DNA of 64,000 bases from Mobula hypostoma. Lineage: Eukaryota. The notes beneath the pieces are model-generated. The model ran no database searches, was not told the origin of the DNA, and saw only the letters and a list, made by a program, of their open reading frames with translations. Position 1 is the stretch's first letter. Each line of letters opens with the position of its first letter. The translations under genes and the position numbers were made by a program. The DNA is taken from contig NC_086109.1 of the NCBI RefSeq assembly GCF_963921235.1, positions 27,840,001-27,904,000 on the forward strand. Direction: 5' to 3'. Positions 24,197-37,494 of the stretch are shown piece after piece.

Positions 24197-24490
24197 ATGA
24201 TTGACCAGGTTCTCTATGTGATGGTCATTTTGATTTATGTTTACAAAGTTCTCACCAGTTCCAAAAACAACAAGTTAATACTGGATAATCGAGCCTCTCT
24301 GAATGTTGCCTGCCTGTTTGTGATTGTCCAGCCTCTCTGCCTAGTGCTGGGGGGATATACTGGCACACTGGCCTTCCTCATCTTTGCAATGTATTCTTAC
24401 AACATGTTACCAAGGAATACCAGAATGACTGATGAAGAAGAAAAACAGTTACAAGTCCCAGATCGCCAGAGTATGAAGAAAGTTAACTAA
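24197..24490 (+). CDS. Putative 97-aa small integral membrane protein with C-terminal KKxx (unidentified)
   Basis: ATG with purine at -3; hydrophobic segments VLYVMVILIYVYKVL and VACLFVIVQPLCLVLGGYTGTLAFLIFAMYSY; charged tail ending KKVN*; TATAAA at 24102; ATTAAA/AATAAA at 24496-24505; no resemblance to the local repeats. Confidence 0.5.
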   Translation: MIDQVLYVMVILIYVYKVLTSSKNNKLILDNRASLNVACLFVIVQPLCLVLGGYTGTLAFLIFAMYSYNMLPRNTRMTDEEEKQLQVPDRQSMKKVN

Positions 24491-25295
24491 TGTTTATTAA
24501 ATAAATCTTGGACTCGGGAGCTGTAATCACACCTGGAACTGTGCACTCTGAAGTGAGACAAATCTGCAACGATTTAATTTCTCCTCTTCTACTGTGAAAT
24601 ACTTGGATTAGTTCCCAGTGAATTTCGGAAAGAATCATATTTCAGATTGGAAAAAAAATCATTCTTGATTATTTTTCAATGTTTTGCTACTTATAATTGT
24701 AAATTTATTAAATTGCCTGCAGTGTGCATAATGATGACTGGAGCCACATGCAATATAAATGTACTGTTCCCCCCCTCTCCCCCAAAAGATCATTGAGTCA
24801 GATCTGGGAAAACATAGCAGGAACCATTCCACTATGGACTTTGAAATGACTGACTGAAAAGCATTAATGAAATGGTTGTTTACGGTACTAAGCGTACTTA
24901 CGGTACTTAAAAAGAGAACTTAACATCTCTGATCATGCCCTCTCAACATTATTTAAATCTGAAAAGTAACCAGAATATTTTAAATGAGCCAGTTTACGTA
25001 GAAGTTCCAAGGTTAACACAACTTGAATGCAAAGGATTGCTGGAAATACTCAGCAGGTGAGGTTGCATCTGTGGAGAGAGATACACAATTAATGTTGCAT
25101 ATCAAAAACGTGAAACTGATGACTTGTATGTTGGTGTGAAATATTAACTCTGGTTCTCCCTTAGCAGATGCTGCATGGTTTTCTGAGTATTGAACATGTA
25201 TTTCCCTTTGGCATTGCAATATTGAACATTTTTATTGATTCAGTTCAGACTGTTGTTGAAAGCACAAACTGTGACACAAAGTAAATTCTATAAAT

Positions 25296-26273
25296 CAGTG
25301 GTCCCCAACCACCAGGCCACAAAGCATGCGCTACCAGGCCGCGAGGAAACGATATGATTTGGCGATATGAGTCAGCTGCACCTTTCCTCATTTCTTGTCA
25401 CGCACTGTTGAACTTGAACGCACGCGAGCTTGTTACCCGCGTGTCATCCATGTCAGCGCGCGAAGGAGATCAACTCCTCGAGATTGCAAATGACGACAGG
25501 CTGAAAAGTATGTTTGACATAACATCTCTGCCGAAATTCTGAATCAACGTCAAGGCTAAATATCCTGAGATAGCCACGAAAGCACTGAAAACGTTGCTTC
25601 CATTTCCAACATATCTCTGCAATGAATGCAATGAAAACTAAATTGCAGAATAGACTGGACATAAGGAACCCCCTTCGAGTATCGCTGTCTCCCATCACCC
25701 CTCGATGGCACCGTCTTGTTGCAGGGAAACAAGCCCAGGGCTCCCACTGATTTGGCGATATTGGTGTGTTGCAATGATTTTATATGTTCATACGGGGAAA
25801 ATATGTGCTGTCTGTTTAATATCCAAACGTTACTTAAAATGTTATGATGCTATTGACTTATAAGTGAGTTATAATTGACTTATCACTATATTCATGTGAG
25901 GAAAATATGCGCTGTGTGTTTAATATTAAATTCGTTAGATAAACCCTTTTAGAAACGAAATTGAGTGTATTAACCGCTTATCACCTATATTCCGGTCATG
26001 ATTAACACCACCCCCCCCCCCCCCACCGAACAGAGTAGCGAAAAACGATTTGTAGCAAATAATCGGCATGTACACGCATGCGCACTGGTGCCCGCGCAAG
26101 GCTTCATGATCATGGTAGTCTTTCTCAGGATAAGCAACGTAATTGACTGCTACTCTTGTCCGTTGGCAACCCTCCCCGCACCCACCCCGCCCCCCCCCCC
26201 CCCGTCGGCTGGTCCGCAAGAATATTGTCAATAATAAACCGGTCCGCAGTGCAAAAAAGGTTGAGGACCCCTG
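25296..26273 (+). mobile_element. Internally deleted hAT-Charlie (Charlie3/MER1-like) DNA transposon
   Basis: TIRs CAGTGGTCCCCAACC / GGTTGAGGACCCCTG; 8-bp TSD CTATAAAT vs CTGTAAGT (6/8); transposase C-terminal remnant YPEIATKALKTLLPFPT...RLD...KQAQGSH*. Confidence 0.88.
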
Positions 26274-28369
26274 CTGTAAGTCATTGGGTTGTACTAATAT
26301 GTGGATAAAAGAAAACAAAGAAAAGATAGAAAATGACTAGGAACTCAATTACTGATTCAAAATGAAGAATGATTCTGCTCAAGGAATTCAAAAAGGATAT
26401 GTAGAATTTTAATAATATCATGGTAATATGTTTATTTTAAAAGCTGCTTTGAAGTGTTATATCTTAACATACAAGGTGGAGACCAAATTTCATCCTTCAG
26501 GATATTTGTTTTACTTTCTACAAGCCAGATCAACCAAAATAGCATCTACCAATGGTCTTTGATTTACTCAGCCACTTCAATATCCAAAGCAGTTTATTGG
26601 TGATCAGATTGCACCAACTTCCCAGATCGGAACAGATTGTTTCTGGGGTGTAATGCTGTGTGGGTGGCGCATGATAAACCCATGAACGGACCATGGACTG
26701 CTGACTCAAGGAAAATAATTATCTGCAATATTCTTTCATATGTATATAATCAACATGTTAAATCTATTATTACATAGCTAAAATGGGAAGTTACTAAACT
26801 AATTAATTTGTGAAATAAACAGTATATCCCGAATTTTGTATTTAAGCAAATGCCTCTATACTTAATTTGCCAAGAGAGACTGTGCTCTGATCTAATTTCT
26901 GCTTGGATAAAGATTTATATAAATCACTGAATATCAATATGTACTCATAATCGATAATTTCTTGAAAACAAAAATGGACGACAACACATACGGCATTGTT
27001 TAAATAGAAGTCACTGGATCTTGGTTATTCATAGAATCATGGTGGTAGAAATAGAGATCATTCAACCATTTGAGGTTGTGCTGCTTCTCAGCACAGCAGT
27101 CTCTTTTCAGTTCATTTGCTCCACTCTTTACCAGTGGCTCTGCCAATCATTCTTCCCCAAGAACCCATGCATTTTCAAAGGTGATGATCACAGTACCAGG
27201 GCTTTTCTAATTGGGAAATGGGGATTTGATCAGGCATTAGGGAACTAAGGACTATGCCACTGGAGCTTTAAGTACTGACCTGACCTGATCAGAGAGTTAA
27301 TGAGTTTCGATAATGAAAGATGAACTTGGGAGCAAAAGATTATTTAATCAGCACTAGAAAATAAAATTGAGTAAACAGGTCTGGAAATTCCAAAGCATAG
27401 TATCACTATCTTTTTCCCCCAAACAATACATTTTTAAAATAGTAAGTGAAAAATTGAACTGTGAATAAAAGATATGCCAAAAGATTGATGCATTGTATAT
27501 TGAGCCCGAAAACTTCATTACCACCTAATAGCTTCAAGGCACTAATAAAGTTCCATAAATTATTTTGGTATAGGATTGGTCCTGCAGTGAGTGAGGGAAA
27601 AGGAATCATCAGATATTGGAGACCACTGGATGATGATGTGTTGGGAGGTTACCAGAGATCAAGACACTGTAGTGTGGCAAACTGAAACCTTGATCAGGCA
27701 GTCAGGAATCCCTAGCTGGACTCTTGGAGAGTGCTCAAGACCCAAATGAATTGGCTGGGGAATATGAGAGGTTGGGGATGTGGTAAGGTAGTTCACGGTT
27801 TGGTGCTTTGAGGAGGCAAGGGAAAGAATCAAAGAAAATTAACTAAGTTGCGGGGTTTAATATGAGTGATTCTCCCAGCACAGAGGAGTGATATTACGAC
27901 CTAAGCTTGACAGTGGTTGTGATGGTCATTCATCCAGCACCATGAATGTATTTTCTGTGAAATAGTGTGAAGGACTGCTGCATGGGCAATGATGTCATCT
28001 GATGGCACCTAATGGAGCTTGCGTTAAATCTGCAAATCTGGACAATTTTTCTCAGCCATTATTGCCCAAAAAAATTCCAGGTATAAAACATAGGCAAAGG
28101 TGCATTCAACTCCGGGGGGGGGGGGGGAGGGGGGGATCTTGTCAGATGCCAAACAATGAAAGAAAAAATATTGCTTTATAGATACAAATCAACATTTTTT
28201 TCAGAAATACCTCTGTACACTGCACCTGATTTTAAATAACAGTGAATATGTTTGTATTTAAACCAAGTTATGCACCCAATTTTCACCATAATCAGAAATT
28301 AATTTAATCTATTACTGATGGTAGCATATAACTTAAGAAGAAGGGCTCCATAGTTTTCTCTTGAACAGT

Positions 28370-28590
28370 ACAAGAGAATCAAAGCAACAGATAAAATGCT
28401 GGAGGAACACAGCAGGCTTGGCAGAATCTATGGAAAAGTGTAAACGGTCGACCTTTCGGGCAGAGACACTTCACCAGGTCCTGATGAAGGGTCTCAGCTC
28501 GAAACAGTGTCTGTTTACTTTTACCCTAGATGCAGCCTGGCCTGCTGAGTTCCTCCAGAATTTTGTGTGTGTTGCTTTGGATTTCCGGAA
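28370..28590. repeat. Inverted pair of Penelope pseudo-LTR fragments
   Basis: Arms AATGCTGGAGGAACACAGCAGG...CTTCACCAGG and CCTGATGAAGGG...CCTGCTGAGTTCCTCCAG meet at the hammerhead CTGATGA box. Confidence 0.75.
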
Positions 28591-31394
28591 TCTGTGTGGC
28601 AGGCATACACTCCTTGGGCAGGCAGGAGGAGGCAGCTGGGAAAGAAAGTGGTTTGGTCCAATGATGATAGTTCCTGCACAGACTTGATCCTAGCATCTCA
28701 GTATTTTCATTTTTGTTTGCAATGTGATCTTTACTCAAGTGTTATGTCCAGCAGGTAATTCACAACAATGATCACCTATGTGATTATTTTCTAAAATAAG
28801 TGTTATCAGTGTGCAGATAACAATGGGAGGGCAACACATTTTCGGCATCCCGTTTTACCTGAAAGTGCAGTTGCGATTCTTTAAGTCAAAGTATGAACGT
28901 GGTGCGTGCTATCAGTGAATTCCAGGAATCAAATAGAATGATAATAAAAAACATTAGATCTATTTTGGAATGATGTGGAGTTTGGAGAGGAATTTGAAAG
29001 AGATGGCATTACTATAAACCTGTGGCCTTTACCTTCAATTATGGAAAGAAAATCATTGTTTTTTGTAAAACAGTACTTCACACAATTGAACTCTCCTGGT
29101 ACCCTGGAATCCATACTCATCTATTTGTATAATGTAACATTTTACATTATTTCTGCTATATTATTTATCTCCTGTATCTTTAACTTGATATTTTTCTCAG
29201 AGCTCATGCCTCCTGTACCCTTTCTAATATATGTTTATCTTGCTTTAAGTGAATCTGCCCAGGAATTGTAAAAGCATACCATAATACTTACAAATTTATG
29301 TAATGGTCTCCATTTATTTCACTTACTTATTAATTTCAGGAACTCCAAAGCAAAACACTGAAGATACCAGAAATCTGAAATAAATCTGAAATGCTGCAAA
29401 TAGACAGCAAACCAGGAAGGACTTGCCGAGAGAGAAACTGGGCCAAAAATTAAGGTTGTCATTAAATAGACTTAACATTAACTACACTTTTCTCTTTCTC
29501 TCTCTGCACTTCCTGCTTGACCTGCTGTGTACGGATAGCATTTGTTGTAATTATTTTATTGCACAAAATTACACATTAACATTCCTTTTCCCTTTTCAAA
29601 GGCTTTAACACTTACATTCCTATATACTTAAGAGTTTCTTTGTCAAGGCACTGGCTTTCAACATGGTACATTTTAGCTCAAAATTTAGAATTTAAAAAAG
29701 AACTAGCATTTATACAGAATCCTTTATTGTGGGCCATTACTGTTAACATTTGAACATCAGAACAGGTTTCCTGTGTTCAGCTAAGCAATTGTATACAGGG
29801 AAACATCTACAACTGATTTTGCATTTTTGAGAAACCAACAGCAGAATTTGGGAAAAAAATACGAACATTTAGGACAGCTGAAATAGAGGTGTAATGGGGG
29901 GAAAACATGCATTTATAGTGTTGTAACATCACTCATCACACTCCACAAGGACTGACACTGACACCTGTAAATAACTATATTTTAATGGAAATCAACGGGA
30001 ATTTTCTTTGTGCAGAACATTACACAGCTGGAACAAATGCAGCAACACTTGGACTGGTGAGTCAGATTGATGGTTGGAAGAAACTTTCCTGGTTCAGTGA
30101 TCTATTCTGTGCCACAAGCTAGGAGCTGAGCATAAATTGTTTTCCAATCAAGCTAGCCCTAGCAGAAAATTGTGCTTTCCTGACCTTAGCTGCTGAGCCC
30201 TCATTGAATTACAAATGTATTCTTATTTAAAAAATAATGTTCCATTAAAAATTAAATGCTGTCAATTATTTGCATTTGGCAGAGCAAAGTCTTCAACATT
30301 TGCTCAAGTATGCAATTCCTTAATTTGAAGTTTATTCAGACATCCATTATGGTTGTAGCATAATGCACAACCAAGACTCAAAGGAGCTGAAGTCAACAGA
30401 TAAGCTTCTTCCACCCTCTCCCTTCCCCGACAACATTGTGAGACTGACCGATCTGAAATCTAGTCCCTTTACCCCACAGCTATTTAAGGAATATATATAA
30501 TTATTAATTGTAAATGACCAAATTGCCCAAGTATAATTTGTGAAAGAGCTCCAGCCTTTCATCACCTTTTCATGTAGGACATGGTGTCTGGCCTTCAGTT
30601 TCCCAACAAAAGAACAAAACACTCCCTCTGTTTAAAATCATGAAAAGACAAATCAAATCTCCAGTAACTCACTGAATACATGTTACTTTCTGTTATCTCT
30701 TCCTGTAATTTAACCTTTGGAATATAGGTATCATAAAATGACAGTGCACCTGTACCAAAGTTAATAGATTATTCTTAGTGTGTGGTGCCCAGAACTGTTC
30801 ATAGTGTTCCAATGTCATCTAATTAGAGCATTGCATAGGAATAACTAACTTAAAGCTCCTTATATTCTACTTCAATATCTAAAAACAGCTAGAATTGTCT
30901 CATTGTTTTCTATGTCTATCTATGAACATGAACCCCAGGTTTCATTGGAATTCGATGGCTTCAAGCATTTTAGCATTCAGATATGATGCTTTGTCCTTTG
31001 AACATTCATAATGGACAAGCATATATTTTTTGACAATGAATTCTAATTTCTAGAGTTGTGCCTTTTCATTCATCTACAGTAATTCTTTATCATTTTAGCT
31101 TTCCATCTGCAATGGTTATAACACCAATATAATTAGATTATTCGCAAACCTGCATGGCAGCTTTCTATCATATCACAATAGTCATATATAAATAATATAG
31201 AGGACAATTGTTACTTAAGGCAATTGGGGACATTATCCCAAGTTTTACTGCTCATCCAACTTTCCAATCAACTTGATTATTTGACTCCAATTCCATAAGC
31301 TCAGTTGTAACTCATTTATAAGAGTTTGCTCAAATGCTACTTTGCAGTGCATATAAATAAAATGTGAAGTTATTCTTCGGATATAAGGAACACT

Positions 31395-31493
31395 GCAGAT
31401 GTTGGAAATCTGAAACAACACACAAATTGCTGGAGGAACTCAGCAGGTCATGCAGCATCTGTGGTGGGAAATGGACAGTTCACAATTTGGGTT
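31395..31493 (-). mobile_element. Penelope pseudo-LTR, left part (split by the CR1 insertion)
   Basis: GCAGATGTTGGAAATC...GCTGGAGGAACTCAGCAGGTCATGCAGCATCTG; continues at 35563. Confidence 0.75.
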
Positions 31494-34400
31494 TTGATTG
31501 AGGGACGACGGCGCAAGTGCGTGGACGTCAGCGAGTTAGACCAGGGCGAAGAGTTTAAAAGGAGACAGGTTTATAGAGCGGGTGTCGGAGTAGGAGGGCT
31601 TTGGCTCAAAGGGGCTTCGGTGATAATGGGTCGAGGCAAAGTAGGTTACCTGTGAAGAATAGAAACAGGAAGTATGCCTGTGAGGCCAGTGTTCTGTGCT
31701 GGGTGTCAGATGTGGGAAGTCCGGAAGACTCCCAGCCTCCCGGAAGGCCTCATCTGCGTCAGATGCATCGAACTGCAGCTCCTTAGGGACCAGGTTAGGG
31801 AACTGGAGATGCAGCTCAATGACCATCATCTGGTCAAGGAAAATGAGGAGGTAATAGAGAGGAGCTATAGGCAAGTAGTCACACAGGGGCCTTGGGAGAC
31901 AAATAAGTGGATAACAGTCAGGAGAGAGAAGGGCGCGAGTCAGATACTAGAAGGTACCCTGTGGCTGTCCCCCTTAACAATAAGTACTCCTGTTTGAGTA
32001 CTGTCGGGGGGGATGGCCTACCTGGGGGAAGCAGCAGTGGCTGCGCCTCTGGCACAGACTCTGGCCCTGTGGCTCAGAAGGGTAGGGAAAGGAAGAAGGC
32101 AGCAGTGATAGGAGACTCTATAGTTAGGGGGTCAGATAGGCGATTCTGTGGATGCAGAAAAGAAACACGGATGGTAGTTTGCCTCTCAGGTGCCAGAGTC
32201 TCGGATGTTTCTGATCGCATCCACGATATCCTGAAGTGTGAAGGTGAACAGCCAGAGGCTGTGGTACATATTGATCCAATGACATAGGTAGGAAAAGGGA
32301 GGACATCCTGAAAACAGACTACAGGGAGTTAGGAAGGAAGTTGAGAAGCAGGACCTCAAAGGTAGCAATCTCGGGATTACTGCCTATGCCATGCAACAGT
32401 GAGTATAGGAATAGAGTGAGGTGGAGGATAAATGTGTGGCTGAGGGATTGGAGCAGGGGGCAAGGATTCAGATTTCTGGATCATTGGGACCTCTTTTGCA
32501 CAGAAAGGACGGGTTGCACTTGAATCCGAGGGGGACCAATATCCTGGCAGGGAGGTTTGCTAGGGCTATTGGGGAGAGTTTAAACTAGAATTGCTGGGGG
32601 GTGGCAACTGAACTGAAGAGGTGGAGGAAGGGGCAGTTGACTCACAAATAGAGAAAGCTTGGAGACAGTGTGAGAGGAAGGATAAGCAGGTGATAGAGAA
32701 GGGATACACTCAGAGATGTGTCTATTTTAATGCAAGAAGCATCATGAACAAAGCAGATGAGCTTAGAGTGTGGATCAGCATTTGGAGCTATGATGTTGTG
32801 GCCATTACAGGACTTGGATGGCTCAGGGGCAGGAATGGTTACTTAGAGTGCCAGGCTTTAGGTGCTTCAGAAAAGACTGGGGTGGGGGAAGGCAAAAGCG
32901 GTGGGGATGTGGCACTGTTGATCAGAGATAGTGTCACGGTTGCAGAAAAGGAGGAAGAATTGGAAGGATTGTCTACTGAGTCTCTGTGTGTGGAAGTTAG
33001 GAACAGGAAGGGGTCAATAACTCTACTGGGTGTTTTTTATAGACCACCCAATAGTAACAAGGACATCAAGAAGCAGATAGGGAGACAGGTTCTGGAAGGT
33101 GTAATAATGACAGGGTTGTTGTGGTGGAAGATTATAATTTCCCAAATATTGACTGGCATCTCCCTAGAGCAAGGGGTTTAGATGGGGTGAAGTTTGTTAG
33201 GCGTGTTCAGGAAGGTTTCCTGACACAATACGTAGATAAGCCTACAAGAGGAGAGGCCGTACTTGATCTGGTATTGGGAAATCAACCTGGTCAGGTGTCA
33301 TATCTCTCAGTTGGAGAACATTTTGGAGATTGTGATCACAATTCTATCTCCTTTACCATAGCATTGGAGAGGGATAGGAACAGACAAGTTAGGAAAGCAT
33401 TTAATTGGAGTAAGGGCAAATATGAAGCTATCAGGCAGGAACTTGGAAGCATTAATTGGGAACAGATATTCTCACGGAAATGTGCGGCAGAAATGTGGCA
33501 AATGTTCAGGGGATATTTGTGTGGTGTTCTGCATAGGTACGTTCCAACGAGACAAGGAAAGGATGGTAGGGTACAGGAACCGCAGTGTACAAAGGCTGTT
33601 GAAAATCTAGTCAAGAAGAAAAGGAAAGCTTACGAAAAGCTAGGTAATGATAGAGATCTATAAGATTATAAGGCTAGCAGGAGGGAGTTTAAGAATGAAA
33701 TTAAGAGAGTCAGAGGGGGCCATGAGAAAGACTTGGCGAGCAGGATTATAGAAAACCTCAAGGCGTTCTACAGGTATGTAAAGAGCAAGAGGATAAGATG
33801 TGAAAGAATAGGACCAATCAAGTGTGACAGTGGAAAAGTGTGTATGGAACCGGAGAAGATAGCAAAGATACTTAATGAGTACTTTGCTTCAGTATTCACT
33901 ACGAGAAAGGATCTTGGCGATCGTAGGGATGACTTACAGCGGGTTGAAAAGCTTGAGCATATAGACATTAAGAAAGAGGATGTTCTGAAACTTTTGGAAA
34001 GCATCAAGTTGGGTAAGTCTCCGGGACTGGATGCGATGTACCCCAGGCTACTATGGGAGATGAGGGAGGAGATTGCTGAGCCACTGGCAATGATCCTTAT
34101 ATCATCAACGTGGACGAGAGAGGTTCTGGAGGATTGGAGGGTTGCAGATGTTGTTCCCTTATTCAAGAAAGGGAGTAGAGATAGCCCAGGAAATTACAGA
34201 CCAGTGAGTCTTACTTCAGTGGTTGGTAAGTTGATGGAGAAGATATTGAGAGGCAGGATTTATGAACATTTGAAGAGGCATAATATGATTAGGAATAGTC
34301 AGCATGGCTTTGTCAAAGGCAGGTCATACCTTACAAGCCTGATTGAATTTTTTGAGGATGTGACTAAACACATTAATGAAGGTAGAGCAGTGGATGTAGT

Positions 34401-35562
34401 GTATATGGACTTTAGCAAGGCATTTGATAAGGCACCCCCGCAAGGCTTATTGAGAAAATAAATGGGATCCAAGCGGACCTTGGTTTGTGGATCCAGAATT
34501 GGCTTGCTCACAGAAGGTAAAGAGTGGTTGTAGATGGGTCATATTCTGCATGGAGGTAGGTCACCAGTCGTGTGCCTCAGGGATCTGTTCTGGGGCCCCT
34601 TCTCTTCGTGATTTTTATAAATGACTTGGATGAGGAAGTGGAGGGATGGGTTAGTAAATTTGCTGATAACACAAAGGTTGGGGGTGTTGTGGATAGTGTG
34701 GAGGGCTATCAGAGGTTACAGCAGGACATTGATAGCAGACAAAACTGGGCTGAGAAGTGGCAGATGGAGTTCAACCCAGTTAAGTGTGAGGTGGTTCATT
34801 TTGGTAGGTCAAATACGATGGCAGAATATAGTATTAATGGTAAGACTCTTGGCAGTGTGGAAGATCAGAAGGATCTTGGGGTCCGAGTCCATAGGACAAT
34901 CAAAGCAGCTGTGCAGGTTGTCACTGTGGTTAAGAAGGCATACGGTGCATTGACCTTCATCAACTGTGAGATTGAGTTCAAGAGCCAAGAGGTAATGTTA
35001 CAGCTTTATAGGACCCTGGTCAGACCTCACTTGGAGTACCATGCTCACTTCAGGCTACCTCACTACAAGAAGGATGTGGAAACCATAGAAAGGGGGCAGA
35101 GGAGATTTACAAGGATGTTGCCTGGATTGGGGAGCATGCTTTATGAGGATAGGTTGAGTGAACTAGGCCTTTTCACTTTGGAGTGGCGGAGGATGAGAGA
35201 TGACCTGATAGAGATGTATAAGATGATGAGAGGCATTGATCTTGTGGATAGTCAGAGGCTTTCTCCATAGCTAAAATGGCTAACACAAGAGGGCACAGCT
35301 TTAAGGTGCCTGGAAATAGGTACAGAGATGTCAGGGGTAAGTTTTTTACGCAGAGAGTGGTGAGTGCGTGGAATGGGCTGCCGTCAACGGTGGTGGAGGC
35401 GGATACGATAGGGTCTTTTAAGAGTCTCCTGGATAGGTACATGGAGCTCAGAAAAATAGAGGGCTATGGGTAACCCTAGGTAATTTCTAAGTAAGTACAT
35501 GTTTGGCACAGATCGTGGGCTGAAGGGCCTGTATTGTGCTGTAGGTTTTCAATGTTTCTATG
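31494..35562 (+). mobile_element. Full-length (~4.1 kb) CR1-clade LINE, inactivated by frameshifts and stops
   Basis: 5' UTR; ORF1 CxxC..CxxC zinc finger, coiled coil and SGNH (VIGDSIVRG); ORF2 APE (NARSIMNK, YRPP) and RT (NYRPVSLTS, QHGF, DFSKAFD, PQGSVLGP, KFADN); 3' GGGCTGAAGGGCCTGT motif and TTTCTATG tail. Confidence 0.95.
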
Positions 35563-35985
35563 ACTTTATCAGAACTGGAAAGAAAGAGGGGAGAATGTTA
35601 TATAAAAGAGTGGGGAGAGGGTGTGGAGCAAGAGCTGGCAAGTGATAGGTGAATTCAGGTGAGAATTGGAGGGTGGGAACAATGTAAAAAGCTGGGAGGT
35701 GATAGGTGGAAGTACCAAAAGGCTGAAGAATATGGAATCTGAAAGGAGAGGATAGTGGACCATGAAATGAAGGGAAGGAGGTGAGGAGGGGATCCAAAGG
35801 AAGGAATGCATGGCTGATGTGCAAATCAACAGGGCAAGAGTGAGGAGATGAAGATGGTTGTGGAGTCACTGGGATGAGTGAAAACAAAAGGAAGACATGG
35901 GAGAGGTTACTGTAACTTAGAGAAATCAGTGTTCATGCCATCAGGTTGTAGACTAACAAATTGGAATATGAGGTGCTCTTCCATT
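35563..35985 (-). mobile_element. Penelope 3' region, right part (UTR plus end of GIY-YIG ORF)
   Basis: Purine-rich UTR complement, then TTAGAGAAATCAGTGTTCATGCCATCAGGTTG as at 6630-6670. Confidence 0.75.
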
Positions 35986-36349
35986 ATTTTCTATCACTTC
36001 TTTGGAAAAAAAATTAGATTTATGATTATACTTTTTAAAGCCACAATATCCTAATCAGCATAAAAATAATCAGATTACTCTATCTTTAATTAGATTAAAC
36101 CGTCAATTTTCTGAAACAGATGCCAAGTCAAAAAGATGGTATTTCCAGGAGATTGTGCTCTCATTTTTTATGCAGTAATCTGAACTTTACTGACGATACT
36201 CAATTCAGAAGAACTCTGGAAGGTCATCTACAATGGTCTTCTCTACTTCCAGTATAATCATATAATGAAATCCACCTAGTTCTAAGGCTTCATCAGTCAT
36301 TACGTGACTTAAGTTTATGTTTGTAGTGTAAACAGCTCGTGTAAAACTT

Positions 36350-36600
36350 CACATTGCCGGCAATTAGGGCTCATTTCTCACCGCTCTCTGCAAGTTGCTT
36401 GTACGCTCTTGCCATGACCATGTGGGACTCCTCTGGGTGCTCTAGATTGGTAAGTCGTGGGCATGCCGGAAGCATGGTGGAACTTGCGGGCTGCTGCCAG
36501 CACACCCTCGGACTGTGTTGGTCATTGATACAAACAACACATTTCAGTGCACGTTTTGATGTTTTGATGTGCATGTGACAAAATAAAACTGTTCTTTAAT
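36350..36600 (+). mobile_element. HE1/V-SINE-like fragment
   Basis: TTGTACGCTCTTGCCATGACCATGTGGGACTCCTCTGGGTGCTC resembles the V-SINE domain. Confidence 0.5.
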
Positions 36601-36855
36601 CTTGATTCAATACTAAATTCCTTGGAATACCCGGCATTCCGTGATGAGGTTCTTTTACACTCTTGTTTCTTAAAAGTATGAACTTATTCTTTATCTTATT
36701 CACTGTAATTACCGTCATGATATTTCTATTTTTTTAACTTTGACAAACTTACTCAGTTTCCCATGGGGAGTCTGAGGATGATTTTTTGCTGAAATTAGCA
36801 TTATCTAAACTTGATGGTGTTTTATTCTTTTTAAATATGAGATTGAACTTGATCA

Positions 36856-37401
36856 AACTCAGTGCCCACTTCATTTGGTACACCTGTGCTTGTAAATGCA
36901 CATATCTAATCAGTCAATCATGTGGCAGTAACTCAATGCATAAAAGCAAGAAGTTCACCTGTTGTTCAGATGAAACATCAGATTGGGGAAGAAATATGAC
37001 CTAAGTGACCATGACCATGGAATAATTGTTAGTGCCAGACAGGGTGGTTTGAGTATCTCACAAACTGCTGTTCTCCTGGGAATTACACACAACAGTTTAT
37101 AGAGAATTGTGAGAAGAATGAGAAACATTCAATGAGTGACAAATCTGTAGGTGAAAATGCCTTGTTAGTGAGAGAGGTCAGAGGGGAACAGCCAGAAAGT
37201 TTTAAGTTGACAGAAAGGTGACAGGAACTCAAAGAATCATGTGTTACAATAGTGGTGCGCAGAAGAGCATCTCTACATACACAACATGTTGAACCTTGAA
37301 ATGGATAGGCTACAACAGCAGAAGTCCACAAATGGACAGAAATACACCCCATGGCCAGTTTATGAAGTACCTGCTGTACCTAATAAAGTGGCCACTGAGT
37401 A
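36856..37401. mobile_element. Non-autonomous Tc1-like DNA transposon
   Basis: TIRs ACTCAGTGCCCACTTCATTTGGTACA / TGTACCTAATAAAGTGGCCACTGAGT; same family as 21405 and 47359. Confidence 0.8.
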
Positions 37402-37494
37402 TATATTAAATAACCACACACCATTAGATGATTTTCTAAAAATGGCTTTATTACTAAATCTAGGTTCAAGACATTTGCATAAAGTAATATTCAG

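Noticed and set aside
28113..28136. Poly-G run (similar poly-C runs at 16009, 19709, 26011, 26190)
   Set aside because: Simple homopolymers with possibly unreliable length; no supporting context
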